Positions 28,742-39,542 are shown, counted from the first letter of the stretch. The stretch: 64,000 bases of DNA from Pseudomonadota bacterium (GCA_038134595.1 JAYPVM010000011.1:26694-90693); one strand, 5' to 3'. Translations and numbers: made by a program. The notes: generated by a model not told the origin, from the sequence alone.

Positions 28742-29689
28742 CTATTTCAGAACTAATTTAGACCATAATCCAAAGTTCCAGCGTTTGGCACTTTGAGGAT
28801 TACCGGAATCAATCGCTGACAGACTCTCTAACTTTTCAAAGAGCGCTGGTAATGACTTTACAGAATTATTATCAACATGAAACCTTACTTGTTCACCATT
28901 GGTTTCAATATGAATTTCGGCATTAAGATGTGTGTACCCTTGATCTATTACCTTCAATACAAGAGAGGCGCTGTGCGAGGGTTCACTTGCTGATATAACA
29001 TCTTCTAAAGTCACTTGCTCACTTGTACTGGTGTCGGTTTCAGACGCTCCTCCAAGTATAGCTGCCATAACTTGTTCCCCAACCTCTTGTTCGCTCTCGG
29101 CGGTAACTTTACCAACCGCACGCTCCACCTCACTGGAACCTTTGCGACTTAAGTCCTTTACAGAATCCGCAAATCGCATCAGGCCCTGTAGCCTTTCTGC
29201 TTGGGTAGGAACATCTAACTTGACAGTCAATTGCGGAGCAGGCCAATCTTTCGTCCTAGATTTGCCAAAGTTTGCCTCTAAAATATCCTTTAATGCATAA
29301 ACAACCTCACCTGCGACTGGAGGCTTCTTGGAAACAGCCGCGTTCAATGGGGCTACAACAATTAATTTATCAAGCTCTGCTCGTATATCAGCCTGAGATA
29401 GTCTTCCTAAGAGAGAAAATGTGTTGTTGGCAATAAGGGTCGAAAGAGCAGGTATTGTTTCAGCAGAGAGTTGGCTCTTTGGAGAAAAAGCAAAATTATT
29501 TTGCTCGCTGTAATATGAGACCTCTCCTAATTCAATTGTAACGGTAGCTTCATATTTAGAGTCCCTGATTCGCACAACAGAGGGCACTAGGTCCTCTCTG
29601 ACTCCTGGGGATTTAAGGGGCTTCAGTGCTTCAGTAGCTTCTAGGATGTCGTCAAGACGAGATTTTCCGTCATCTGTAAATGGTGCCAT
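28742..29689 (-). CDS. Hypothetical protein
   Basis: 315-aa ORF with AAGGAGG RBS; no family recognised. Confidence 0.7.
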   Translation of the reverse strand: MAPFTDDGKSRLDDILEATEALKPLKSPGVREDLVPSVVRIRDSKYEATVTIELGEVSYYSEQNNFAFSPKSQLSAETIPALSTLIANNTFSLLGRLSQADIRAELDKLIVVAPLNAAVSKKPPVAGEVVYALKDILEANFGKSRTKDWPAPQLTVKLDVPTQAERLQGLMRFADSVKDLSRKGSSEVERAVGKVTAESEQEVGEQVMAAILGGASETDTSTSEQVTLEDVISASEPSHSASLVLKVIDQGYTHLNAEIHIETNGEQVRFHVDNNSVKSLPALFEKLESLSAIDSGNPQSAKRWNFGLWSKLVLK

Positions 29690-29982
29690 AAACGCCCTCC
29701 TTCAGATGCCTTATGTAACATTATGGCCTCTTAAGTAACGGCTAATCTGCATGTATTCTTTATAGTTTGAGCTCTGTTTTGTTCAGCGTTGGTCGGGTTT
29801 GCAAGGTGTTTTAGTTCATTATGAGGGTACGCAAAACACCTAACCAGTTTATTTCTATTCGAAATTCTGTTGTTTTATATCACAAATCCTTGGTGAAGCC
29901 CCATAACCTCCATAGCTAGCAGTGATACCAGCCAGCACACAAGGTACGGCACTGGCATGAAGCTTCTAGGTAGGGTTTTCTT

Positions 29983-32900
29983 ATGGTTTCTATCGCACAA
30001 GGACAAAAACCAGCACGCACAACCGAGCCTCAGGCAAACACGCCCGAGCGAAATCAACTTGCAGAGGTCAAGGCGTCTGGCCCTGATACCGGGAATCTTC
30101 GAAAAAATCTAATGCGGGGCGCTCAGTCTCAGACACAGCCAACAGAGAACACACCCCCTTCTATCGATCTTTCTCCCTTAAAAGAAAAAATCGCTCAGCT
30201 CGTCAATCACGAAGCCTATCGCGGCTTACCTCAAGAGAAGCGCACACAACTGATAGATAAACAACTCGAAAAGCTTTCAAATCTCTCAGCCGATCAGAGA
30301 GTAGAGCTACGAGCTGAATTTGAAAAGCTGGATCAGATTCTAGTAGAGAAGCGCGACCGAGAGCTCCAAGAAACGATGCACCGTCTTGTTCAAGAGACTT
30401 CGCAAGGAGCCTTTAATGAAGCGAAACTCCAAGAAGCATACACGGAGCTTTCTCGCGTAGCTGGCAGAGGAACCTCTCAAGACGAATGGGCATCAATAAG
30501 AGCTGACTTCGAACAACAGAGAAGTGACATTCGCCGCTCTGCCATGATTCGAGAGATAAGAACCCTTGGCAGGTCGTCAGTTGTTTTGGGGGAGTCATTA
30601 GATAGAAACAAAACGGCAAATGCTATCGCTCGAATTCAAGAACGCTACGCTGACGTCGGATTATCAGGAAAAGAGGTTTCAAGCCATCTTAAGAGCTCCT
30701 ACGAAGCTCAGTATCACACAAAGCTCTCAAAAGCTGGATTCTTTAGCAGGCAGTACTACAAGGCTTCCCGCTGGTTGGACGAAACGGGGGACTGGCTCGC
30801 AAACTCCTTTGACCGAGCAAAACAGACCGCGCAAGCTGCCGTTTCCAGAGTCAAGGCGTTTGGCAAGGGCGTTTTAGAAACTGGAGAGGCAGTGTTAAAC
30901 GAGCTAGCAGATGCCGGAAAGGGACTAGTTCGGTTAGGTAACCAAGCTCTCGACGTTGCGCTAGAGCTTCGAGAAAAGGCCATCGACGGAATTAAAGCCG
31001 CTGGAACAGCTGTCGGGGAGTTTGCATACGAGGTGATAACGGATCCAAAAGCTGCCGCAACGAAGGTTGTAAATGCCGCCATAGCCGTAAAAGATGCGGT
31101 AGTATCAGCACATTCATGGGCAGTAGAAAAAACTGCACAGGGTTTACTATGGGCTGCTGATACGTATGCATCCGTACAAACGTGGGTACGGGAAAATGGT
31201 ATGAACATGCTCAAGGCCACAGGAGAGATGCTCCTCAATGTTGGCGAGGGCTGTTTGCAAGCTGGTTGGGCTACTCTACAGACCGGGTGGAACCTTACTA
31301 AATTGGCCTGTGGTCAGATGACCTGGGAAAATTTCAAATCCGCATCTGTGGCCGCCTGGTCTGGCGCTGTCACAAGTTTTTCGGCCGCGGGTTCAATTCT
31401 TTATGCCGGGGCAGCGACTCTTTATGCCGGGGCAGCGACCGCCGGAAGCTTTCTAAAAAGCGTCTCAGATAGTATCGGTCTCACCGATCTAGCAGTTGGA
31501 ATATATCACAATACCGTAATGGTCCCTCACTTGCTCTACGATCTAGGTCTCTGCGCCATCGGCAAGCAGACCCTCTCGGGAGCATTCTCAAACGCCGCAC
31601 ACCACATGTCTCAATCAGCTAGAGCACTTGTTGGAGCTGTAAAGTGTCTTGGTGAAGTCACAGGTATCACGGATGCCCTTATGGCGGGCAAACACCTTGT
31701 TCATGCGCTTGCTGCTTACGGTAGAGGTGAAGATATGCAGGCTCTTGCACATCTCGGTCAGGCCGCAATGCATGGCACATTTGCCGTAATGTCTGCCGGC
31801 GCTATCGCCGCCACGGTGGCAACAGGCGGCGCCGCCGCTGGCTCGGTTGCAGCTGTGATGGGCGGGCGTATGGCTGCCAAAGAAGCGGCGAAGGCAGTTC
31901 TAAAGACCGCCGCAAAGGAGTTCTTCGAAAAGGGGGCAAAAGAAATCGGAGAATTAGCGCTAAAGAAACTAGGTGGTGAAGCCCTTTCCCTAGTTTCAAA
32001 AGAGATGGGTACCGCCGCTGTCAAGGAGCTGGAACAACAAGCTATAAAAGAGCTTGGCGAGGGAGCTTCTAAAGAAGCTACAACTACTTTGGTAGAAAAA
32101 TTAGCCCTTCAAAAGCTAATCCAACGTGAAGGAGTCGCAACAGCAAAAGAGCTAGGAGAGACTCTTTCGAAGAAGACAGCCGGTGAACTTACCACAGATA
32201 CCGTCCGCGAACTAGGTTCGGAAATCGGTGAGCGTAGAACCTCCGAGCTCCTCAAGCAACTCAAACTAAGTGAAACAGTAGATGATCTAGTTTTCGATGC
32301 ACTAAAAAACCTCGACACAATGTCCCCTCGACAAGCCCGAGCCCACCTCATTGATACGTTTGGAGTTTCTAAGCGCGAGGCAAATCGTATGGCACGAGAG
32401 GCAAGAAAGGCTCTTAGAACCGGCAAGGCCGATGATGCGATAAAGCAAGTCTATGAGGATGGGCTCACCAAGCAGATCAGTGAAGTGATTCAAACCGATA
32501 TGGAGCAGAGCTTCAAGGAGACATTCGGCAAAGCACTCCGTGGTCAATTAGATGAGCCGTGGTCGAAGACTCTGGCTAAGAATGTCGATAGCCAGGCGAA
32601 AAAACTTGGAAAGACTGTCGATGAATTCTCCGATGAATTGGTAGAAGCGGGTTGGAAGGGTGTTAAAGAGGGTATCGAATCTGCAACTCGAAAACTTGTT
32701 CGAGAGGGAATCGAAAATGCCTTTAAACGTTTTCGAGCTCGAAGTGCTAAGGTTCTATCACGAGACGAGTCGGATGCTATTGAGCATGAAGCTGAACCGA
32801 CTACGCTGGCCAAAGAGGAGGCTTCGACAACCGAAGCATTGGAGGCTGTTGCGGACAAAAAGAGAGAAGCAATCCTCAACAAGGGAGAATCGGTTCCAAC

Positions 32901-33084
32901 TCGTCAATTCACAATCAATCAGGCTGACGGAACCACTGTCGTCATTACCGAAGTGCTCGATATCGCCACAAACAAGTGGATTCCAGCCGGAAAAGAAGTT
33001 GTCTCTAAACCAACAATCTCTTTGGCAAAAGAGGAACCTCCAAAAATGAAGAGCGATACTGACAGCAGGTCTCTTGCTGCTTAA
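29983..33084 (+). CDS. Large alpha-helical hypothetical protein with central Ala/Gly-rich hydrophobic region
   Basis: 1033-aa ORF, no signal peptide, coiled-coil-like ends, AIAATVATGGAAAGSVAAVMGG segment. Confidence 0.75.
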   Translation: MVSIAQGQKPARTTEPQANTPERNQLAEVKASGPDTGNLRKNLMRGAQSQTQPTENTPPSIDLSPLKEKIAQLVNHEAYRGLPQEKRTQLIDKQLEKLSNLSADQRVELRAEFEKLDQILVEKRDRELQETMHRLVQETSQGAFNEAKLQEAYTELSRVAGRGTSQDEWASIRADFEQQRSDIRRSAMIREIRTLGRSSVVLGESLDRNKTANAIARIQERYADVGLSGKEVSSHLKSSYEAQYHTKLSKAGFFSRQYYKASRWLDETGDWLANSFDRAKQTAQAAVSRVKAFGKGVLETGEAVLNELADAGKGLVRLGNQALDVALELREKAIDGIKAAGTAVGEFAYEVITDPKAAATKVVNAAIAVKDAVVSAHSWAVEKTAQGLLWAADTYASVQTWVRENGMNMLKATGEMLLNVGEGCLQAGWATLQTGWNLTKLACGQMTWENFKSASVAAWSGAVTSFSAAGSILYAGAATLYAGAATAGSFLKSVSDSIGLTDLAVGIYHNTVMVPHLLYDLGLCAIGKQTLSGAFSNAAHHMSQSARALVGAVKCLGEVTGITDALMAGKHLVHALAAYGRGEDMQALAHLGQAAMHGTFAVMSAGAIAATVATGGAAAGSVAAVMGGRMAAKEAAKAVLKTAAKEFFEKGAKEIGELALKKLGGEALSLVSKEMGTAAVKELEQQAIKELGEGASKEATTTLVEKLALQKLIQREGVATAKELGETLSKKTAGELTTDTVRELGSEIGERRTSELLKQLKLSETVDDLVFDALKNLDTMSPRQARAHLIDTFGVSKREANRMAREARKALRTGKADDAIKQVYEDGLTKQISEVIQTDMEQSFKETFGKALRGQLDEPWSKTLAKNVDSQAKKLGKTVDEFSDELVEAGWKGVKEGIESATRKLVREGIENAFKRFRARSAKVLSRDESDAIEHEAEPTTLAKEEASTTEALEAVADKKREAILNKGESVPTRQFTINQADGTTVVITEVLDIATNKWIPAGKEVVSKPTISLAKEEPPKMKSDTDSRSLAA
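31398..31439 (+). repeat. Exact 21-bp tandem duplication in frame (LYAGAAT x2)
   Basis: TCTTTATGCCGGGGCAGCGAC twice. Confidence 0.9.
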
Positions 33085-34688
33085 GAGACGATATCCGAGC
33101 CGTCATTTTGGTTGGATTCCAAAAGGTCAGGAAATGCCGATTTCTTTAGAAGGATTGTTCCATTGGCAACTGATATCGGAGAGTAGCTATCTGCTACCAT
33201 CCTACGAAAGACATTTAATTCCTCTGGAGATATGATATTCATCTCCTTTAGATGCCACCAAATGTGAAAGTTTCCTCTCTCAAGGATAATGTCAGGTTTC
33301 TGGGCAATTGTTTGCTCATAAGCAGAGTGTAGCAACTCTCGATATCGGTCTTTTAAAACTTCGCTCGTTAATTTTTTATAAAAAATAACATCCCATCCGA
33401 GCATAGATCCTGAAACATCGGAGCAAAAAACAGGGTGAAAATGTGAGAATGCAGTGCATGTTTTTCTCTCGCCTTTGGTCAAACGTATTAATTCCATTAA
33501 ATCAGTCTTTTTAAAATGAGTATCCCGTACTGATTGCAAACCGGACGTCGAAATCTCTGTTGCTATAAGTGCCATCGGCAGCGCTAGTGTGAGGCCTATC
33601 TGGAGTGGAACATTGCGTAGTCGGGAATAAATCTCCTGAAAAAGAAACGAAATTGCTACAGCTGACGGCACGATCAACATAAGCGCGTGGTAACTAGTGC
33701 CGTGATTATGGAGTTGAAACGCAAAGGGATAGACAAGAATCAATCCGGCAACAAGAAGTCTTTTTCGTCGTTCTTGTTCGCTCGTGTTAGCCGCCATCAT
33801 AACCATCGAGAGAGCCCCAGCTATCCCGACGATAACGATTGGCGATTCGAACAACTTCAAGCGATCATGAAGCGTAAGATGAACGAGGCCGTTTAGAACG
33901 AATACGTTCTCAAAGAAAAGGACGGCCAAATCATTATACACCAGCCATGAAACAAGGAGAGCTACTGGTGGCAAACTACCAAGACACACACACGCCCCCT
34001 CTCTTACTATCCGCCGAAGTGGGACCGAGGGATAACGAGAAGCTAAAACCAAAAAGACAACAAAATAGGCGTGCCACGACTTGATTGAAAGACACGTTGC
34101 GATACCAAGCAAAACACCCGCCACAAAAAGAGTAGTATAGCTTAGTCGTTTTGCCCCAACGGCGGCTATTGCGCCAGTAATAAACACTGCCATAAGAACA
34201 TCCGGACGAATAAATATCCACTGACTATAGGATGCATGAACTCCCAGCATTAAAAAAAGAATCCCAATTGATAGCGCGCGCGGAATGCCTGCTATGGTCG
34301 GTAAGAACGCTTTCGCTACCAGATACGTTGGAATCAACAAGAGCACTTGAATCATCCGCACGATAAGAAATGGCTTGATACTAGGAGATAGAGCTTTAAC
34401 AAACGGTAGTAATATAAACCAAAAGATTGGAAGATGGTTTTGAGGAAAATCTCGATACGGCATATGCCCATTATTCATAAGATAGGTAACATGCATGTGT
34501 TCGATTTCATCGGGATTGTAGCCCCCAAAATAAGCAAGCAACAAAAAGCCAATAACGCTCAAAGCAATTCCGATCCACTCCCAGCGAGAAACCTTTAACG
34601 TGAAAAACTTTTGGCACTTACCGCCCATTAGCCGCCCTCTGATTAACTTCTGGTGATGATACAAGCTTCTGCTCTTGGTAGTTTTCAA
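33081..34688 (-). CDS. Polytopic membrane protein, probable GT-C (ArnT/PMT-like) glycosyltransferase
   Basis: First TM followed by NPDEIEH...PYRDF..NHLP loop, RPD motif, many TM segments; true start likely ATG 34628. Confidence 0.65.
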   Translation of the reverse strand: MKTTKSRSLYHHQKLIRGRLMGGKCQKFFTLKVSRWEWIGIALSVIGFLLLAYFGGYNPDEIEHMHVTYLMNNGHMPYRDFPQNHLPIFWFILLPFVKALSPSIKPFLIVRMIQVLLLIPTYLVAKAFLPTIAGIPRALSIGILFLMLGVHASYSQWIFIRPDVLMAVFITGAIAAVGAKRLSYTTLFVAGVLLGIATCLSIKSWHAYFVVFLVLASRYPSVPLRRIVREGACVCLGSLPPVALLVSWLVYNDLAVLFFENVFVLNGLVHLTLHDRLKLFESPIVIVGIAGALSMVMMAANTSEQERRKRLLVAGLILVYPFAFQLHNHGTSYHALMLIVPSAVAISFLFQEIYSRLRNVPLQIGLTLALPMALIATEISTSGLQSVRDTHFKKTDLMELIRLTKGERKTCTAFSHFHPVFCSDVSGSMLGWDVIFYKKLTSEVLKDRYRELLHSAYEQTIAQKPDIILERGNFHIWWHLKEMNIISPEELNVFRRMVADSYSPISVANGTILLKKSAFPDLLESNQNDGSDIVS

Positions 34689-36051
34689 AATCTGAATTTA
34701 ACTCCCAGAGGTTATGGTTTGCGTTTTGAGTTATGTTCTGTGCGGCAAGGATTCCCATCAGGATACTGTGGTCTTGATTGTTATATTTATATGCCCCATA
34801 TCTTCCGATCACAGAGAGGTTTGAAATCGAGTCAAGATATCGCTCTATGGGCGCAAGATCCTTCTTGTATCCACGGTAATATACCGGATAACATTTTGGT
34901 ATCCGGTGAACATGAGAGTCCAATACATCAAACTGCCCTAATGCTTTCAAACTATTGAGGTCTCTTACAGCGATCTGCACCAATTCATCATCACTCTTCA
35001 TCCAAAGACTCTCTCCAGGAGACGCCCAAATCTCCAAGCACAAGACAGTGGTATCTAGGTCCTTATTCTCAGACCCCCAATTGCTAAAATTAGTGATTCT
35101 CCCAACTGCCAAGTGACCGTCCTGAATATAAATCCATTGGTCGGGAAAATGGTCTTGTCCCTTTACTAAAAGGTAGACCAGGAATGTACTACGGAACTTT
35201 AAGGCATCAATATGGCTCTTAAGCTGGTCAGGTACGTGGCTCATTCCTTTAAGTAACGAAGAGATTGGCATGGTCGAGATAACTCTATCAGGCTTTAGTC
35301 TCATACCACACTCAGTTACCAATTCAGTTATGCATCCTCCCTCTGTCGATAATGATACCAATTTGCGATTCAAATGGATCTTTCCCCCAAAACCCGCAAT
35401 TCGTTGCGCCATCGTTTCATACAATCCACCAGCGCCCCCGCTAGGATAGACGAATACGTCCGCCAGCGTGCGGTGTCTTTTCTGAGCTTTGCGCGAGAAC
35501 AACGATTTCAGTGCCGTTGCTAAATTAAGAGAGCGGATTCGTTGTCGGGCGAAATCGGCTTCGATTGCCGCACAGGGCAATCCCCACAACTTCTCAGAAT
35601 AAGGTCGAAAGAATATCTGATACAAATAGTCTCCAAACGATCGGCGAAGCCACTCCTCCAAGTTCGAGACTTCACCGGCCATTCGTAATTTTGAAAGCCC
35701 ATAACTCAGGATTGCTCGAGCCCCTCTTTGGAGAGAAAATTTGGAAAAAACATCCCAAGGCTCTAAAGGGTATGCATAAAGTTTCTCGTCAAATAGAATT
35801 CTCGTCTTTCTATTTATCGAAGAATAATCATCCTCCAGTACCTCTAGCCAAAGATTATTGACCAAGGAATTTGCACTAAAGAATCTATGTGGCCCTAGGT
35901 CAACCCGATGGCCCCATAGGTCTATAGAGCGGGCTAGTCCTCCGACTTGCTTATCTGCCTCAAGAACAACAACTTCCTTGCCACATTTGACCAGTTCGTA
36001 CGCGGCTGTTAATCCTGCAGGGCCTGCGCCTATAACAACAATTTGTTCCAT
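34618..36051 (-). CDS. FAD-dependent oxidoreductase (protoporphyrinogen oxidase / UDP-galactopyranose mutase-like family)
   Basis: IGAGPAGLTAA, VGGLA, DLGPHRFFS, YSEKLWG, GRYGAYKYNNQDHS. Confidence 0.85.
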   Translation of the reverse strand: MEQIVVIGAGPAGLTAAYELVKCGKEVVVLEADKQVGGLARSIDLWGHRVDLGPHRFFSANSLVNNLWLEVLEDDYSSINRKTRILFDEKLYAYPLEPWDVFSKFSLQRGARAILSYGLSKLRMAGEVSNLEEWLRRSFGDYLYQIFFRPYSEKLWGLPCAAIEADFARQRIRSLNLATALKSLFSRKAQKRHRTLADVFVYPSGGAGGLYETMAQRIAGFGGKIHLNRKLVSLSTEGGCITELVTECGMRLKPDRVISTMPISSLLKGMSHVPDQLKSHIDALKFRSTFLVYLLVKGQDHFPDQWIYIQDGHLAVGRITNFSNWGSENKDLDTTVLCLEIWASPGESLWMKSDDELVQIAVRDLNSLKALGQFDVLDSHVHRIPKCYPVYYRGYKKDLAPIERYLDSISNLSVIGRYGAYKYNNQDHSILMGILAAQNITQNANHNLWELNSDFENYQEQKLVSSPEVNQRAANGR

Positions 36052-36152
36052 ATAACTAGATTTAGCACGTCAGTCTTAATGCATCTGACAGACCCATTCA
36101 TCAGCGCGACTGACTATACGGCATAAGAGATAGAGTTGCCTAGTCGTATCTC

Positions 36153-37994
36153 TCATTTTTCGGGCAAATCACCACCAAGCTCCCTGCCCAGCTTCTCAAG
36201 CTCCTGCTGAGCCTGTTCCCATAACGCCATCTGATCAGTAAGAGCCTTTTGTCGCTTCGCTAACTCTCGCGACAACGATTCTAAGTCTCCTGCGTTTCCG
36301 TCCTTCGAGACCGTGAGCAGTTGTTCTTCTGTGTCAGATATTTCTGCCTCTAACGTCGCGATCGCCTTTTCAAGACTGGCAACTCGCTTTTCTAACGGAG
36401 CAACCTGCTCCTTCTCTACTTGCTTGGCTTGAGCACGTTGTCTTCGCGCCTCTTTCTTAGATAATGATGGCTTCTTTTTCTTTCCTTTGGACTCTCCATC
36501 TGACTGTTCTTCGGCCCAACCAACAGTATCTAGAAATTCATCGTAGGTACCTTCGAATAAAAAAGGTACTTCCCCCTGAAAGATGATTAATCGGGAGGCT
36601 ACCCTGCGAAGAATCTCCTCACTGTGAGTAACTATCAGCACAGCTCCTGCAAACTCCTCTAAAGCATCCGTGAGTGCTAGCACAGACTCAACATCAAGGT
36701 GATTCGTCGGCTCATCAAGTAGCAAAACATTACTCGGCGAGGCTAAGATCTTGCCTAAAGATACCCGTGAGCGCTCTCCTCCCGATAGCACCTTAATTGG
36801 TTTTAGGGCATCATCGCCTTCAAACATCATACAGCCACAGATCGCTCGAACGGCTGTGCGACTAAGCTTAGGATTGCTGCGCTGAACCTCCTGTTCGATC
36901 GTACTTGAGAGATCGAGGCGATTGGCATTTGTCTGCGCAAAGTAGGAAAGGACGCCATTGGGGCTACGAAGCACCTCTCCTGTGGTCGGTTGTAGTTCAC
37001 CTGCAAGTAGCCTTAGGAGCGTTGATTTTCCTCGGCCGTTTTTACCAATGATACCGATGCGGTCATCTTTCTTTAATGAGAACGAGAGCTCTTGTATGAG
37101 GGGAGGAGTGTCGACATCATAGCCAAAAGAGAGATTGCGAACCTCTATAGGAAACCTCCCAGGAAACTGGGCATGCGTAAAGGAAAAATCAAGGGTCGGT
37201 TCACTCGACAGCTCATCGAGGCGCTCAATTTTCGCAAGCGCTTTAACCCGAGATTGCACAAGAGTTGCTTTGCTCGCCTTAGCCTTAAAGCGCGTTATAA
37301 ATTGCTCCATGCGCTTGATTTCACGCTCTCTGTTTTCGCGTGTTCTTTCGTGCATCTCTTCGTCGAGCGCGATGCGTTCAAAAAGCTTTTCAGAATTACC
37401 CTCTAACTTACGGACACCCCCTCGATACACGAGCGCAGAGTGTGTACTGACCTGATCGCAAAAATACCTATCATGGGAGATTACTATCATCTCGCCTTCC
37501 CATGTTTGTAGGAACCCTTCAAGCCATCGAAGCGAAACGATATCAAGATAGTTGGTAGGCTCATCAAGTAGGAGAAGATTGGGCTCTGAGACTATCAATT
37601 TTGCGAGATTAATTCGGATCTGAAACCCTCCTGAAAGCGCTTGAGGACTCATCTCGATATCATCAAGAGAAAATCCTAAACCTGTGAGCACGATCTCTGC
37701 CTTGTAACGCTCCAAATCGGGGTCTCCTTGCAGGGCCGAACAAACCTCTTCAATGACGGTCGGCTTTGAAAACTCCAGATGCTGACGCAAAAACCCGATC
37801 CGGTATCCCTTAGGGGTGATTACCTCTCCCCTATCCACGGCTTCATCGCCACAGATAATCTTTAAAAGAGTGGACTTTCCAGAGCCATTTCGACCAAAAA
37901 GCGCAACACGCTCCCCCGAATTAATCGTTAAAGTGGCATCGGCGAACAAGACTCTGTCGGCGAACTGTTTTGAGATATTGCTTAGCTGTAACAT
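36153..37994 (-). CDS. ABC-F family ATP-binding protein
   Basis: Two ABC domains (GRNGSGKST/LSGG/DEPTNYLD and GKNGRGKST/LSGGE/DEPTNHLD), no TM segments, C-terminal coiled coil. Confidence 0.95.
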   Translation of the reverse strand: MLQLSNISKQFADRVLFADATLTINSGERVALFGRNGSGKSTLLKIICGDEAVDRGEVITPKGYRIGFLRQHLEFSKPTVIEEVCSALQGDPDLERYKAEIVLTGLGFSLDDIEMSPQALSGGFQIRINLAKLIVSEPNLLLLDEPTNYLDIVSLRWLEGFLQTWEGEMIVISHDRYFCDQVSTHSALVYRGGVRKLEGNSEKLFERIALDEEMHERTRENREREIKRMEQFITRFKAKASKATLVQSRVKALAKIERLDELSSEPTLDFSFTHAQFPGRFPIEVRNLSFGYDVDTPPLIQELSFSLKKDDRIGIIGKNGRGKSTLLRLLAGELQPTTGEVLRSPNGVLSYFAQTNANRLDLSSTIEQEVQRSNPKLSRTAVRAICGCMMFEGDDALKPIKVLSGGERSRVSLGKILASPSNVLLLDEPTNHLDVESVLALTDALEEFAGAVLIVTHSEEILRRVASRLIIFQGEVPFLFEGTYDEFLDTVGWAEEQSDGESKGKKKKPSLSKKEARRQRAQAKQVEKEQVAPLEKRVASLEKAIATLEAEISDTEEQLLTVSKDGNAGDLESLSRELAKRQKALTDQMALWEQAQQELEKLGRELGGDLPEK

Positions 37995-38055
37995 ACTTGA
38001 AGATATGTACCGATTTGCTGGTAATTACACAAGTTCACCTAGCGCTTAGAACAAG

Positions 38056-38092
38056 AAAAAGGCTCCCCGCCAAGTCTCTTGACGGGGAGCCT
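38056..38092 (-). terminator. Rho-independent terminator of the beta-barrel gene
   Basis: Minus strand AGGCTCCCCGTCAAG-AGA-CTTGGCGGGGAGCCT then TTTT. Confidence 0.8.
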
Positions 38093-38121
38093 GTCCAACA
38101 CGAACTAAAAATCTTTTAAGA

Positions 38122-38883
38122 CTAAAAGCTTAGTCCGTATCCTCCGATAAACTTATGCTCGAAGATAATAGCTTCGCGCCCTCCCCCGACCTGCCGGAAA
38201 TCATCACGTCGGTGGGCATACTTAAGCTCTATAAAGGCTGAATCCGTGATGTGGAAACGCACAGGAACCTCGGCTTGAATCGTGATTCTATCCTTACTCG
38301 ATTGATTTACATCAAGCGGAATTACACGCTGATGGTCCTTAAATTTATACATCCCAGTAAGCTCAACCCCCACAGAGATATCCTCTACATGGGCCATCGC
38401 CTTTAGTCCTAAAGGAACATACATCGTGTTCTGTCCAGAGCGCACATTTGTGCCACCAAGGGTGAACTTATTATCTGCCTCAAGATATGAGAATCCAGTG
38501 TATGGTGTCAGTGTGAGCAATGCTGGACCAGCATCTGTTTGAAAGCTCATACCAACTTTTCCCGTGACGATATCTCTATCAAACGCAGAGTAGCTTCCTG
38601 TTGTCTGCTTAAAGTTACCCAAACCCTTTGTGTATTCAACGTTGTAGTACAAAGAGTCTCTTAGGTCTGATTCGACTTCAACGTTGTATTCGTTTACATT
38701 GCCATCAATATTAAAGCCACTATCATTTCCGCCGACAAAGGTATGTCCAGCGCCAACGATTAACGTAGCTCCTAGAGCATCATGGTTATCAGCCATTGCC
38801 ACTGAAACTATGCCCACGGATTCAATGAATACTGCACATAAAGCAGTCACAAGAACGGACGGAAGATGGTTTCGACGTCTCAT
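38122..38883 (-). CDS. Outer-membrane beta-barrel protein
   Basis: Signal peptide, alternating amphipathic beta strands, C-terminal GYGLSF beta-signal. Confidence 0.7.
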   Translation of the reverse strand: MRRRNHLPSVLVTALCAVFIESVGIVSVAMADNHDALGATLIVGAGHTFVGGNDSGFNIDGNVNEYNVEVESDLRDSLYYNVEYTKGLGNFKQTTGSYSAFDRDIVTGKVGMSFQTDAGPALLTLTPYTGFSYLEADNKFTLGGTNVRSGQNTMYVPLGLKAMAHVEDISVGVELTGMYKFKDHQRVIPLDVNQSSKDRITIQAEVPVRFHITDSAFIELKYAHRRDDFRQVGGGREAIIFEHKFIGGYGLSF

Positions 38884-39239
38884 AGCAAATTTTCTCCAAT
38901 TTCTTCAAAGATACTTTCCAAACTTTTGACACCCTAACGCACCAATGAACCAGGCTATATTCTCCTCTACATGAGAACATTTCACTTCGGATAACGTCGT
39001 GCAAACACTCAAATGGCATCTGCACTGTATTATTAGAAGAACTACGAAAAAAAGAGCGATACCGCAAGGACTATATTGCAAAGCAAACAAGGATAATGTG
39101 TGGGGTGAGGTCTTTCGGATAGAATATCTGAGCTAGCTCACTATAATATGAATGGAGAAGCGCAAGCACAATCGGGACAGATTTACCTGCTCCGATGATC
39201 TCGAACGTGCGCTTCTCCAAGCTTCGTCCGAGCCATAAC

Positions 39240-39542
39240 CTAATGAAGGCCCACGATAAGGACTCTCTTTGGCTGTCCTCGAAGGCATAGTCTTTGTTTC
39301 GCCTCCGATAACAGCGACAACACAGAGTCACTTCGTCTGGTCGCCCTAACAGGCGAAAACGTAGTGTCAACCGTTGTGACACTACCTTTCACCACGAGGT
39401 ACGCCCGCTCAGGTGCATGCACCCTGGGCATCCAAAGCTGGTAGATGCCCCAAAATTTCTGATCCTCCAGCCCTTCAAGCTTTGAGAGCTCGCGAGGCGA
39501 CAACTCAATCACCTCTGCGGTCTCTGCGTAAGGACTCGCCAT
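39240..39542 (-). CDS. Hypothetical protein
   Basis: 100-aa ORF with AAGGA RBS before the ATG. Confidence 0.5.
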   Translation of the reverse strand: MASPYAETAEVIELSPRELSKLEGLEDQKFWGIYQLWMPRVHAPERAYLVVKGSVTTVDTTFSPVRATRRSDSVLSLLSEAKQRLCLRGQPKRVLIVGLH

